A stretch of DNA of 64,000 bases, from assembly GCA_963555995.3 (NCBI GenBank), contig OY821641.1, positions 2,848,001 to 2,912,000 on the forward strand. Reading direction: 5' to 3'. Of the stretch, positions 11,365 through 26,972 are shown one piece after another. The position numbers and the translations under genes are program-made. The notes under the pieces were generated by a model, which ran no database searches, was not told where the DNA came from, and saw nothing but the letters and a program-made list of their open reading frames with translations. Every line of letters begins with the position of its first letter. Positions within the stretch are counted from its first letter, which is position 1. The stretch is from Vicinamibacteria bacterium. Its GTDB lineage: Bacteria > Acidobacteriota > Vicinamibacteria > Marinacidobacterales > Marinacidobacteraceae.

Positions 11365-11760
11365 CTACCACACCTGGCAAAGGACTTCGCCGCCCACGCC
11401 GAGATGGCGCGCCTGGCGGCCCGTCATCACCCCGCGGGAGGTCGAAAGCAGGGTGACACCGAGCCCTCCCTGCGCCTTGGGAATCTTCTGGTGCGAGACG
11501 TAGACACGGGTGCCCGGCCTCGAAATGCGCTTCAGTCCACTCAGCGCGTCCCGGTTGCCGGGCAGGCGCCGCAACTTGATGCGGATCGCGTCCTGCGGCG
11601 GAGCGGAGCGGCGCTCCCAACCGTCCACGTATCCCTCCTCGTGGAGGATGCGGGCGATCTCCTCCTTCAGCTTCGACGCGGGAATCTCGACGAAGTCGTG
11701 CCGCGCCTGAATCGCGTTGCGAATCCGGGTGAGCATGTCGGCCACCGGGTCAGACCACAT
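11365..11760 (-). CDS. rpsH: 30S ribosomal protein S8
   Basis: DPVADMLTRIRNA, RISRPG.RVY, STS.GVMT, GGEV. Confidence 0.97.
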   Translation of the reverse strand: MWSDPVADMLTRIRNAIQARHDFVEIPASKLKEEIARILHEEGYVDGWERRSAPPQDAIRIKLRRLPGNRDALSGLKRISRPGTRVYVSHQKIPKAQGGLGVTLLSTSRGVMTGRQARHLGVGGEVLCQVW

Positions 11761-11772
11761 CAGCGCGCCTCC

Positions 11773-11958
11773 CTACCAACTCGCCTTGATGACGCCGGGG
11801 ATCTCCCCCGCGAGCGCCAGCTTCCGGAAGCACAGGCGGCAGAGCCCGAACTTCCGGAGATAGGCCCGGGGGCGGCCACAGCTCAGGCAGCGGTTGTAAC
11901 GCCGCACCTCGAACTTGGGCCGCTTCCTTGCCTTGGCAATGAGTGATTTCTTCGCCAA
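11773..11958 (-). CDS. rpsN: 30S ribosomal protein S14, zinc-binding type Z
   Basis: 61 aa, RC..CGR.R and CR.CFR..A..G.IPGV.KASW; TTG start. Confidence 0.96.
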   Translation of the reverse strand: MAKKSLIAKARKRPKFEVRRYNRCLSCGRPRAYLRKFGLCRLCFRKLALAGEIPGVIKASW

Positions 11959-11977
11959 AACCGTTTCCTCTGCTTCT

Positions 11978-12252
11978 TAACAGCCTGTGGATGAAGTGAC
12001 GTGAGTACCGAGAACGCCGAGGCGCCCGGCTGACAAGGCGCGTGAGGGAGGAATACCGAGCGTATTCCGACCGAAACACAACGCAGAGCGCCTCGTAGAG
12101 GCGCGGTTCAGGCGGGATGCATCGGCGTTCGCGTCGTTAGCGGGGCGTGAGCCCCGCGCAGACCCCGGAGCGAGAGGGATCGGGGACGGGTTCACCCGGC
12201 TCCTGTCCCTCTTGGCTCGGGAATGCCGCGTGACTTTGTCCACAGGCTGTTA
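11978..12252. mobile_element. Family-A element, long variant (271 bp between TA flanks) with an extra internal segment
   Basis: TA-acagcctgtggatgaagtgacg ... cgtgactttgtccacaggctgt-TA; same core, about 90 bp longer. Confidence 0.85.
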
Positions 12253-12262
12253 CCTCTGATGA

Positions 12263-12811
12263 CTACGCTTCCCGGCGGGCGAACGGCATCCCGAAGGCGC
12301 GGAGCAGCTCTCGCGCGTCCCCGTCGCTCGTCGCGGTCGTGCAGATGGTCACGTTCATCCCGAGCGTCCTCTCGATCTTCGAGTAGTCGATCTCGGGGAA
12401 CACGGATTGGTCCGTCAGACCCAGGGTGTAGTTGCCCCGGCCGTCGAAGGCCCGGTCCGAGACACCGCGAAAGTCGTGCACCCGAGGCAGCGCGATGTTG
12501 ATCAGCCGGTCCATGAATTCGTACATCCGGATTCCGCGCAGGGTGACCCGCGCGCCCACCGGCATGCCGTCCCGGATCTTGAAGTTGGCGATGGACTTCC
12601 GGGCCCTGGTCACCACCGGCCTTTGTCCGGTGATCGCCGTCAGGTCCGCGACCGCGGCATCAATGAACTTGTGCTCCCGCGCCCCTTCACCGACGCCCAT
12701 GTTGACGACGACCTTGGTAACCCGAGGCACGGCGTGCACGCTGGCGATCTGCAGTCGGGTGCGCAGATCGGGAGCGATGGTCTCGCGATACCGGGAACGA
12801 AGGCGGCTCAC
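12263..12811 (-). CDS. rplE: 50S ribosomal protein L5
   Basis: KVVVNMGVGE, ITGQ.P, LPRV.DFRG, FDGRGNY. Confidence 0.97.
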   Translation of the reverse strand: MSRLRSRYRETIAPDLRTRLQIASVHAVPRVTKVVVNMGVGEGAREHKFIDAAVADLTAITGQRPVVTRARKSIANFKIRDGMPVGARVTLRGIRMYEFMDRLINIALPRVHDFRGVSDRAFDGRGNYTLGLTDQSVFPEIDYSKIERTLGMNVTICTTATSDGDARELLRAFGMPFARREA

Positions 12812-13167
12812 TTGTCGATCACTCCCTGGGAACGGACGCTCACGCGAACCTTGCGTCCATCGGTCAGCCGGGTCCTCCCGATCCGCGTCGGGAGGTTGGT
12901 CTCCGGGTCCACGATGGCCACGTTGCTGATCGCGATCGAGGCTTCCCGTTCGACGACCCCGCCCTTGATGTTCGCCCGCGGGTTCGCCTTCGTGTGCCGC
13001 TTGATCATGTTGATGCCCTCGACGAGCACCCGTCCGGTCCCGGGAAAGACGCGGAGGATCCGTCCCCGCTTCCCGAGGTCGCTCCCGGCCATGATCTGGA
13101 CGAGGTCGTTCTTGCGAACGTGCAGGCGCCGGGGCGGCGGCGCGCTCTTCTTCCGGGACATCGTCAC
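12808..13167 (-). CDS. rplX: 50S ribosomal protein L24
   Basis: KOW motif [21 protein letters not shown]; start may be ATG 13161. Confidence 0.95.
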   Translation of the reverse strand: MTMSRKKSAPPPRRLHVRKNDLVQIMAGSDLGKRGRILRVFPGTGRVLVEGINMIKRHTKANPRANIKGGVVEREASIAISNVAIVDPETNLPTRIGRTRLTDGRKVRVSVRSQGVIDK

Positions 13168-13532
13168 AGGACCTCCGGAGCGAGCGAAACGATCTTCATG
13201 AACTGGCGCTCGCGCAGCTCGCGGGCGACCGGGCCGAACACCCGGGTTCCGGTGGGCTCGCGCTGCTCGTTGATCAGCACCGCGGCGTTGTCACCGAAGC
13301 GGATGTAGGACCCGTCCGCCCGGCGGTGTTCCTTGCGGGTCCTCACGATCACCGCCTGGACGACCGTCCCCTTCTTGACCGCGCTCCCGGGCGCGGCTTC
13401 GCGGACCGAAGCGGTGATGACGTCCCCCAGCCGGGCGATACGGCCCACCCCGCCACCAAGCGGAAGAATGCAGGTGACCCGGCGGGCGCCGGAGTTGTCG
13501 GCGACCTGCAGCACCGACTGCATCTGGATCAT
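13164..13532 (-). CDS. rplN: 50S ribosomal protein L14
   Basis: [33 protein letters not shown]. Confidence 0.97.
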   Translation of the reverse strand: MIQMQSVLQVADNSGARRVTCILPLGGGVGRIARLGDVITASVREAAPGSAVKKGTVVQAVIVRTRKEHRRADGSYIRFGDNAAVLINEQREPTGTRVFGPVARELRERQFMKIVSLAPEVL

Positions 13533-13774
13533 GTGGCGCGCTCCACAACCTTGAGCAGCCGGAAACGCTTGGTCCGGGAAAGCGGACGGCATTCCTCGAT
13601 CTGGACGCGGTCTCCGACCCGGCCCTCGTTCTTCTCGTCGTGGACCGCGAAGCGGGTGGACTTGCGGTAGCGACGCTTGTACAGGCGGTGTTCCACGAGG
13701 CGCTCCACGAGCACCGTGATGGTCTTTTGGGCGCCGCTGGCGACCACGGTTCCGGTCCTGATCAGTCTTGGCAT
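13529..13774 (-). CDS. rpsQ: 30S ribosomal protein S17
   Basis: KTITV.VER, HDE.N, ECRPLS.TKRF. Confidence 0.95.
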   Translation of the reverse strand: MPRLIRTGTVVASGAQKTITVLVERLVEHRLYKRRYRKSTRFAVHDEKNEGRVGDRVQIEECRPLSRTKRFRLLKVVERAT

Positions 13775-13800
13775 GACGGTTCTTCTCGTACTTACCGGCC

Positions 13801-14031
13801 TCAGGAATCCGAGGCGCCGCTCCCCGGGGAATCGGTCCCGATCTCGAGCTCGCGCTCCCTCATGATCGTCTGGAGCCGGGCGGCGTGGCGCCGCAGCATC
13901 TTGACCTTGTGCGTGTGGCCGAGCTGACCGGTAGCGGCCTCGAGCCGGGCATCGAACAGCTCCTTGGTCACTTCCTGCTGCTTCCTCACGAGTTCGTCGT
14001 GGGTCAGCTCACGAATCCGGGCGGCCTTCAC
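13801..14031 (-). CDS. rpmC: 50S ribosomal protein L29
   Basis: Size, position and ELF..R...ATGQL motif. Confidence 0.9.
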   Translation of the reverse strand: MKAARIRELTHDELVRKQQEVTKELFDARLEAATGQLGHTHKVKMLRRHAARLQTIMRERELEIGTDSPGSGASDS

Positions 14032-14450
14032 GACGACCCCTCCTCGAAGCGGCCGACGAACTGCGTCCGCACCGGAAGCTTGTGGCCCGCCCGGCGCATC
14101 GCCTCCATCGCCTGGTCGCGGCCGACGCCTTCCATCTCGAAGAGGATCCGTCCGGGGCGCACCACCGCGACCCAGCCTTCAGGACCGCCCTTTCCCTTGC
14201 CCATGCGCGTTTCCTGGGGTTTCTTGGTCAGCGGCTTGTCCGGAAAGATCCGGATCCAGACCCGCCCGGTCCGCTTGATGAAGCGGGTGATGGCCACCCG
14301 CGCCGACTCGATCTGGCGATTCGTGATCCACCCCGGCTCCAGCGTCTTGAGGCCGAAGTCCCCGAACGCCACGGTCTGCCCGGTCCAGGACTTGCCGCGC
14401 ATGCGGCCGCGCTGCTGTTTCCGGTACCGGGTCTTCTTCGGCATCAGCAT
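14028..14450 (-). CDS. rplP: 50S ribosomal protein L16
   Basis: [28 protein letters not shown]. Confidence 0.97.
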   Translation of the reverse strand: MLMPKKTRYRKQQRGRMRGKSWTGQTVAFGDFGLKTLEPGWITNRQIESARVAITRFIKRTGRVWIRIFPDKPLTKKPQETRMGKGKGGPEGWVAVVRPGRILFEMEGVGRDQAMEAMRRAGHKLPVRTQFVGRFEEGSS

Positions 14451-14481
14451 GGCGTTTCTCCTTCCGGGTCCCCTTCAGGGC

Positions 14482-15180
14482 TCAACCGGCGCTTGCCTCT
14501 TCGGAGCCGGAGGCTGATGGCTTCCTGGGGATCTCCGGACGCCCGGACCGGCTGACCATGTCGCTGACGCCCCGATAGACCCAACACTTGACCCCGATCT
14601 GCCCGTACGTCGTGAAGGCCTCGGCGAGCCCGTATTCGATGTCGGCCCGCAGCGTGTGGAGCGGGAGCTGTCCCTCCAGGTACCACTCCGCCCGCGCGAT
14701 GTCAGCGCCGTTCAGCCGCCCGGCGCACCGGATGCGGACGCCCTTGGCGCCGTTCCGCATGGTGTTCTCGACAGCCTTCCGCATCGCGCGCCGGAACGCG
14801 ATCCGCTTCTCCAGTTGGAGGGCGATGGACTCGGCGACCAACTGCGGGTCGAGCTCGGGCTTGATCACCTCGAGCGGCCGGATGTGGACTTCCTTGCCGG
14901 TGCGCTTGCGGAGGTCGCGCGTCAGCTTCTCCACCTCCGTCCCCTTGCGGCCGATGATGATTCCCGGCCTGGAGGTGTGGATGTAGATGTTGAGCTTGTT
15001 GCCCGGACGCTCGATCTCCACCCGCGAAATACCCGCGTGGTACAGGCGGCGCTTGAGAAGACGCCGCAGCTTCAGGTCCTCGTGCAGCGAGTCCCGGTAG
15101 GCGCTGTCCGCGAACCAGCGGGAGCGCCAGGTCTTGCTGTACCCGAGCCTGAAGCCGTGCGGGTGTACTTTCTGACCCAT
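14482..15180 (-). CDS. rpsC: 30S ribosomal protein S3
   Basis: [29 protein letters not shown]. Confidence 0.97.
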   Translation of the reverse strand: MGQKVHPHGFRLGYSKTWRSRWFADSAYRDSLHEDLKLRRLLKRRLYHAGISRVEIERPGNKLNIYIHTSRPGIIIGRKGTEVEKLTRDLRKRTGKEVHIRPLEVIKPELDPQLVAESIALQLEKRIAFRRAMRKAVENTMRNGAKGVRIRCAGRLNGADIARAEWYLEGQLPLHTLRADIEYGLAEAFTTYGQIGVKCWVYRGVSDMVSRSGRPEIPRKPSASGSEEASAG

Positions 15181-15182
15181 TC

Positions 15183-15542
15183 CTATTCCTCTTCCACCGC
15201 AGTCACGCGGATCGTGTAGTGGGTGGTTCGCCGCCGGATGCGACGGATACGGGCCCTCCGGCCGCTGCGGGCGATGGCCCGGGCCGGTCCCTGGTCGGCG
15301 AACGCCTCGGAAACCATGAGCTTGTCCTCATCAATCCGTTTTGCTTCGCTGAGGGCCTTCGTCTGGGCATTCGCGATCGCCGACCGCAACACCTTCTCGA
15401 TGATGGGCGCCGGCGCGCGGTTCGTGTTCTGCAACACCGAGATGGCGTCCGCCGCGGGCTTGTCGCGGATGAGGTCGAGAACGAGCCGCGCCTTCTGAAC
15501 CGAACCGGGAACCGCCGTGGCGCGGGCGACCGCTTCGATCAC
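15183..15542 (-). CDS. rplV: 50S ribosomal protein L22 with a divergent tunnel loop
   Basis: KARLV.DLIR, KVL.SA.ANA; synteny between rpsS and rpsC. Confidence 0.93.
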   Translation of the reverse strand: MIEAVARATAVPGSVQKARLVLDLIRDKPAADAISVLQNTNRAPAPIIEKVLRSAIANAQTKALSEAKRIDEDKLMVSEAFADQGPARAIARSGRRARIRRIRRRTTHYTIRVTAVEEE

Positions 15543-15570
15543 GGTGTCACCCCCGTCCGCGAGGAAAGTC

Positions 15571-15855
15571 TCATCGGCGCGCCCTCGACTTCTCGGTCTT
15601 CACCTTGTGGCCCTTGAAGGTCCGCGTTGGCGAGAACTCACCGAGCTTGTGACCCACCATGTTGTCGGTCACATAGACCGGAATGAACTTGCGGCCGTTG
15701 TGAACGGCGAAGGTCAGGCCCACCATCTGCGGAACGATCGTGGAGCGCCGGGACCAGGTCTTGATGATGGTCTGCCGGCGCGCGGTGTGCGCGTCCTCCA
15801 CCTTCCGGATCAGGCTTTCCTCGATGTACGGGCCTTTTTGAATCGAACGCGGCAT
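15571..15855 (-). CDS. rpsS: 30S ribosomal protein S19
   Basis: [28 protein letters not shown]. Confidence 0.97.
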   Translation of the reverse strand: MPRSIQKGPYIEESLIRKVEDAHTARRQTIIKTWSRRSTIVPQMVGLTFAVHNGRKFIPVYVTDNMVGHKLGEFSPTRTFKGHKVKTEKSRARR

Positions 15856-15859
15856 TCTT

Positions 15860-15918
15860 TGGTCCTTTTGGCTCTGGTCCTTTTGGCTCTGGTCCCTTTC
15901 TGATCCCTGTTCCGATCC
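15860..15918. repeat. Short tandem repeat upstream of rpsS: two perfect 15-mers plus degenerate copies
   Basis: tggtccttttggctc x2 at 15860-15889, then tggtccctttc, tgatccctgttc, cgatcc. Confidence 0.8.
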
Positions 15919-15941
15919 TGGTGGAGTGGGGTTTCCTCGCT

Positions 15942-16775
15942 CTACCTTCTGCGGCGCCGGCGGGAGCGGACGATCATCGAGTCGGTCCGCTTGTTGTTGC
16001 GGGTCTTGTGTCCCTTGGTCGGCACGCCCCAAGGGCTCACCGGGTGGCGTCCTCCGGAGCTCTTGCCCTCGCCGCCGCCGTGGGGGTGGTCCACCGGGTT
16101 CATGGTGACTCCCCGGTTGTGCGGCCGGCGCCCGAGCCAGCGCTTGCGGCCGGCCTTGCCGAGCTTCACGTTCTCGTGGTCCACGTTGGAGACCTGACCG
16201 ATCGTGGCGTGGCACTCGCGCAGCACCTTGCGGACCTCGCCGGAAGGAAGGCGCACCTGCGCGTAACGCCCCTCCTTGGCGACCAGTTGCACGAACGCAC
16301 CGGCGCTGCGCGCCATCTTGCCGCCGCCCCCGGGCCGGAGCTCGACGTTGTGAATCGTGGCGCCCAGCGGGATGCGGTCTATGCACAGCATGTTTCCGGG
16401 CGCGATCTCGGCGCTGTCGCTCGCCATCACCACGTCGCCGAGCTTCATCCCGACGGCGTGCAGGATGTACCGCTTGTCTCCGTCGAGATAGTGAAGCAGC
16501 GCGATCCGGGCCGAGCGGTTCGGGTCGTACTCGATGGACGCCACACGTCCGGGCACCCCGGGTTTCGCCCGCCGGAAATCAATCTCCCGGTGGCGCCGCT
16601 TGTGGCCGCCGCCCCGGAAGCGGACCGTGATGCGCCCGGCGGTGTTCCGCCCGCCGCGCTGGCTCTTCCCGCGGGTCAGCCGCTTCTCCGGCGTGGTGGT
16701 CGTGAGCTCCTCGAACGTCTGGACGGTGTGGAACCGGCGTCCGGGGGAGGTCGGCCGGGATTTCTTGATCGCCAT
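15942..16775 (-). CDS. rplB: 50S ribosomal protein L2
   Basis: [25 protein letters not shown]. Confidence 0.98.
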   Translation of the reverse strand: MAIKKSRPTSPGRRFHTVQTFEELTTTTPEKRLTRGKSQRGGRNTAGRITVRFRGGGHKRRHREIDFRRAKPGVPGRVASIEYDPNRSARIALLHYLDGDKRYILHAVGMKLGDVVMASDSAEIAPGNMLCIDRIPLGATIHNVELRPGGGGKMARSAGAFVQLVAKEGRYAQVRLPSGEVRKVLRECHATIGQVSNVDHENVKLGKAGRKRWLGRRPHNRGVTMNPVDHPHGGGEGKSSGGRHPVSPWGVPTKGHKTRNNKRTDSMIVRSRRRRRR

Positions 16776-16790
16776 CTAAGTGCCCCTCAC

Positions 16791-17081
16791 CTACACGCCC
16801 TTGAAGATCTCGATGGCGTGGCCCTCCTCGAGGGTCACGTACGCCTTCTTCCAGTTGGGGCGCCGGCCGACGAAGCGGCCCCAGCGCTTGTTCTTTCCCG
16901 TGAAGTTGGAAGTGCGGACATCCTTGACTTCCACCTCGAAGAGACTCTCCACGGCGCGGCGGATCTGGATCTTGTTGGCCTTCGGGCTCACCCGGAAGGC
17001 GACGACGTTCTGGGTTTCCCGAAGGCGCTCCGCCTTTTCGGTGGTGAGCGGTTCGAGGATGACGCGGTCGGCTTCCATCAT
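16791..17081 (-). CDS. rplW: 50S ribosomal protein L23
   Basis: P..TEK, ANK..I..AVE..F.V.V, WKKAYVTL. Confidence 0.96.
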   Translation of the reverse strand: MMEADRVILEPLTTEKAERLRETQNVVAFRVSPKANKIQIRRAVESLFEVEVKDVRTSNFTGKNKRWGRFVGRRPNWKKAYVTLEEGHAIEIFKGV

Positions 17082-17794
17082 CGGCCCCCTGCCTCAGCGC
17101 CCCCTGCTTCGGAGAGCTTTTCGGACAGCGCGGCGAGCGCGGAACGCCGGATCAGCACGGTCTTCGCCTTGAGTACCTCGTAGCAGTGCAGCGCCATCAC
17201 CGAGACCACTTCGACCGCCGGCAGGTTCCTCGTCGACAGGTAGAGGTCGTCGGACGGCGCCGTCTCCACGATCAGGACGCGTCCGCCCGCCGAGTCCCAT
17301 TCGCCGAGGCGCCGGAGCACCGCTCGGGTGGAGGGTCCCTCGAGACCGAAGTCCTCGAAGACGCGCAACCGCCCTTCGCTCGCGCACAGCGAGAGCGCGG
17401 AGCGGAGCGCGCCGCGCTGCATGCGGCCCGGCAGCCGATAGCTGTAGTCGCGGGGCTGTGGTCCGAACACGGTCCCGCCGCCCCGCCACAACGGGGTGCG
17501 GCGGCTTCCGACCCGCGCGTTGCCGGTGCCCTTCTGCCGCCACGGCTTGCGGCCGCCGCCGGCGACGAGCGCGCGGTTCTTCGTCGCGTGGGTCCCGGCG
17601 CGGCGTCCGGCCATGTACTGGCGGACGGCGTCGTAGTGAAGGCCCGGCTTCACCGGCGCCGCGAAGACCGTCGGATCGAGTTCCACTTCGCCGCCTTCGG
17701 CATCACGGGCGACCACGGATGCACCGCGCCCCTCCGAGCCTTCGGCCCCGGGTGCGCCTTCCGCCGGAAGCGCCTCTTGCTCTGCCACGGTCAC
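17078..17794 (-). CDS. rplD: 50S ribosomal protein L4 with an N-terminal extension
   Basis: R.GTH.TK.R, GGGRKPWRQKGTG.AR.GS, GGG..FGP.PR; start uncertain (GTG 17794 or 17788). Confidence 0.93.
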   Translation of the reverse strand: MTVAEQEALPAEGAPGAEGSEGRGASVVARDAEGGEVELDPTVFAAPVKPGLHYDAVRQYMAGRRAGTHATKNRALVAGGGRKPWRQKGTGNARVGSRRTPLWRGGGTVFGPQPRDYSYRLPGRMQRGALRSALSLCASEGRLRVFEDFGLEGPSTRAVLRRLGEWDSAGGRVLIVETAPSDDLYLSTRNLPAVEVVSVMALHCYEVLKAKTVLIRRSALAALSEKLSEAGGAEAGGR

Positions 17795-17844
17795 TCTCGT
17801 TCTTCCTGTTCGGGTCGGTGGTTCTCTCGCGTCGGTTTCTCTCG

Positions 17845-18474
17845 TCAGGCCTTGCGAATCTCGACGGTCCCGCCGCGGGGGCCGGGGACGGCGCCGCGTA
17901 CCGCGACCACGTTCTCCTGCGCATCCACCCGAACGATCCGGAGGTTCCGGACCGTCACGCGTTCCCGGCCGTGCTGGCCGGGAAGCCGGGTGCCCGGGAG
18001 CACCCGTGAGGGGGTTGCGCACATCCCGATGGCGCCCGGAGCGCGGTGGAACTTGGAGCCGTGCGACTTCGGGCCGCCGTGGAAGCCGTGCCGCTTCATC
18101 ACGCCGGCGAAGCCCTTGCCCTTGCTGACTCCGGTGACCCGGACCACGTCGTCCGGAGCGAACACCTCGGCGCCGAGCCGGGAACCGATGGCCAGGTCTT
18201 CGCCAGAATCCGCCTGAAACTCGCGCAGCACCGAGGCGGACGGGGCTCCGGCAGCCTGCAGCCGGGCGGCGAGCGCCCGGTTGCGGGCGGGGCGGCTTCC
18301 CGGGCCGCTCAGCCGCTCCAGGCCGACCTGAACGGCTTCGTATCCGTCCGCGCCCACCGTCTTCTTCTGGACGACGACGCAGGGGCCCACCCGGATCAGG
18401 GTGACCGGAATCACCCGGCCGTCGTCCCCGAAGTGCTGGGCCATCCCCAGCTTCGTGCCCAGCAGTCCGTTCAT
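17845..18474 (-). CDS. rplC: 50S ribosomal protein L3
   Basis: [31 protein letters not shown]. Confidence 0.97.
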   Translation of the reverse strand: MNGLLGTKLGMAQHFGDDGRVIPVTLIRVGPCVVVQKKTVGADGYEAVQVGLERLSGPGSRPARNRALAARLQAAGAPSASVLREFQADSGEDLAIGSRLGAEVFAPDDVVRVTGVSKGKGFAGVMKRHGFHGGPKSHGSKFHRAPGAIGMCATPSRVLPGTRLPGQHGRERVTVRNLRIVRVDAQENVVAVRGAVPGPRGGTVEIRKA

Positions 18475-18500
18475 GGTCCTTCCTCCGCGGTTCCCGTTCC

Positions 18501-18833
18501 CTACTTGACCTGCGGCTCGCCGGCGACCATCGCCTTGATCTCGACATGGACGCCGGCCGGAAGATCCAGCCGCGACAACGCATCAACCGTCGTCGGCGTG
18601 GACCCCAGGATGTCGAGGAGGCGCTTGTGCGTGCGGAGTTCGAACTGCTCCCGCGACTTCTTGTCCACGTGCGGGGAGCGAAGAACGGTGTAGCGGTTCT
18701 TGACCGTCGGCAGCGGAATCGGGCCGGCCACCGTGGCGCCGGTCCGCTTCGCCGTCTCCACGATCTCGCTGGTGGACTGGTCCAGCAGGCGGTGATCGAA
18801 CGCCTTGAGTCGGATGCGGATCTTTTCGTTCAT
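18501..18833 (-). CDS. rpsJ: 30S ribosomal protein S10
   Basis: [35 protein letters not shown]. Confidence 0.98.
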   Translation of the reverse strand: MNEKIRIRLKAFDHRLLDQSTSEIVETAKRTGATVAGPIPLPTVKNRYTVLRSPHVDKKSREQFELRTHKRLLDILGSTPTTVDALSRLDLPAGVHVEIKAMVAGEPQVK

Positions 18834-18870
18834 CGGTTGAAACTCGCTTCGGCGTTCCCGTGCGGCCCCG

Positions 18871-20943
<2,073 letters not shown>

Positions 20944-21179
20944 GGGAACGGGAGGGTGGTCTGACGGGAAACGAGAACTCTGGAAAAAGGTCCGAAATGC
21001 CTGCGGTTCGACGCACGCGCAATGACGAACGGATCGAGTCCGCCCCACCGGGGCGCGGGAGCCCGCAGGGGCTGGACTCAGCAGGCGATCTCATTGGGCG
21101 AAATCGTGCTCGCTTCCTGAATGGCGGTTCCTCCGATTTGTGGTTTGCCGATGGATGTTGATCGAACTGGAAGGGGCGG

Positions 21180-21650
21180 TTACCAGCGGTGGTGGGCGAA
21201 GGCCTTGTTCGCCTCCGCCATCTTGTGGGTGTCTTCCCGTTTCTTGATGGCCCCGCCCCGATTCTGGGAAGCGTCGAGCAACTCGGCCGCGAGCTTCTCC
21301 GCCATCGTCTTCTCCGGCCGCTTCCGGGCGTACCCCACGATCCAGCGCAGGGAAAGCGACGTGCGCCGCTCGGGACGGACCTCGTACGGCACCTGGACGT
21401 TGGCGCCGCCCTTCCGGCGGCTCTTCACCTCGAGGGTCGGCTTGACGTTCTGGACGGCCTCGCGAAAGGTCGTGAGCGGCTCGCTGCCCGTCTTGTCCTT
21501 GATGCGGTCGAAGGCCCCGTACACGATGGACTCGGCGGTGGACTTCTTCCCGTCCAGCATCACCTTGTTGATGAACGAGGAGACGAGCGCGCTCTGGTAG
21601 CGGGCATCCGGAGCGGGTTGCCGCTTCGGCACGTCACGGCGTCGGGACAT
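21180..21650 (-). CDS. rpsG: 30S ribosomal protein S7
   Basis: [30 protein letters not shown]. Confidence 0.97.
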   Translation of the reverse strand: MSRRRDVPKRQPAPDARYQSALVSSFINKVMLDGKKSTAESIVYGAFDRIKDKTGSEPLTTFREAVQNVKPTLEVKSRRKGGANVQVPYEVRPERRTSLSLRWIVGYARKRPEKTMAEKLAAELLDASQNRGGAIKKREDTHKMAEANKAFAHHRW

Positions 21651-21686
21651 CTCCGAATCTCTCTCCGTAAGGGGCGGCTCTACCGG

Positions 21687-22061
21687 TCAGCTCTTCGGCC
21701 GTTTCGTTCCGTACTTGGACCGGGCGTTCTTTCGTCCGTCCACCCCGGTGGCGTCGAGGGCTCCCCGGATCACGTGGTACCGCACGCCCGGAAGGTCCTT
21801 CACCCGGCCGCCGCGCAGGAGCACGATGGAGTGCTCCTGCAGGGAATGCCCCACCCCGGGAATGTAGGTCGTGACCTCGATCCCGTTGGTAAGCCGCACC
21901 CGGGCGACCTTCCTGAGGGCCGAGTTCGGCTTCTTGGGATTGATGGTGAAGACCCGCACGCATACCCCCCTCCGCTGTGGGCACCGCTGGAGCGCCGGAG
22001 AGTCAGTGGCCGGGGCCATCCGCTTCCGTCCACGGCGGACAAGCTGATGAATGGTGGGCAT
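21687..22061 (-). CDS. rpsL: 30S ribosomal protein S12
   Basis: [28 protein letters not shown]. Confidence 0.98.
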   Translation of the reverse strand: MPTIHQLVRRGRKRMAPATDSPALQRCPQRRGVCVRVFTINPKKPNSALRKVARVRLTNGIEVTTYIPGVGHSLQEHSIVLLRGGRVKDLPGVRYHVIRGALDATGVDGRKNARSKYGTKRPKS

Positions 22062-22234
22062 GGGGAAATCGAATCCGAAGGAAAAATGCTGGTCCCCCGC
22101 AGGGGATGGGAAACGGGGACGTGCACCGCCCACCCGTCAGGGCTCGAAAAAGCCGATCGGCGGCTGTTTCCCGAGGGAAACGATGACGTCCACGACGCTC
22201 GAAAAATGCGTTCTGGGCGCGTAGCGGACGAAGG

Positions 22235-22264
22235 ATTTTACGCGCTGGCGCGCGTACCTGTCAA
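22235..22264 (-). promoter_or_regulatory. Sigma70-type promoter of the str operon
   Basis: Minus strand TTGACA-N18-TAAAAT, about 175 bp upstream of rpsL. Confidence 0.7.
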
Positions 22265-22301
22265 ATCCCGGAACGCCGCAAAAAACGCCGACTGCCGCGA
22301 T

Positions 22302-22517
22302 GCCGCCGGCCTGGAACGCCGGCTTCAGCCGGCGCAGCCCGCCGAAGGCGGGCGGGGGGAAGGATCTCATCTGCCGGGATGGCACGAAGGCCGGGAACGC
22401 TGGCCACCGGTTCTTTCGTGACGCCTCGCCCGCCCTCGCGCCATGCGGGCAGGAGGCGTACGTCGTTCCGCTGCGCTTCGCGCAGCGGGTGCCGGCTGAA
22501 GCCGGCGTTCCAAGCCG
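22302..22517. repeat. REPIN-like inverted pair of REP palindromes (family B1)
   Basis: ggaacgccggcttcagccggc ... gccggctgaagccggcgttcc; the same ends occur in inverted orientation at 51438-51610. Confidence 0.75.
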
Positions 22518-22588
22518 TTCCGCCGTTTTCGTGAAGGGCGGGGTGCGCAGGTGGACCGAACCTGACGGTTTCGGTCCACCGTAAGCTG

Positions 22589-26947
<4,359 letters not shown>

Positions 26948-26972
26948 TTCGTCCCTCTCGATTGTTGGCCGA

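Noticed and set aside
21900-21960. Streptomycin-resistance change in S12
   Set aside because: PKKPNSA and RVKDLPG are intact; only flanking residues differ.
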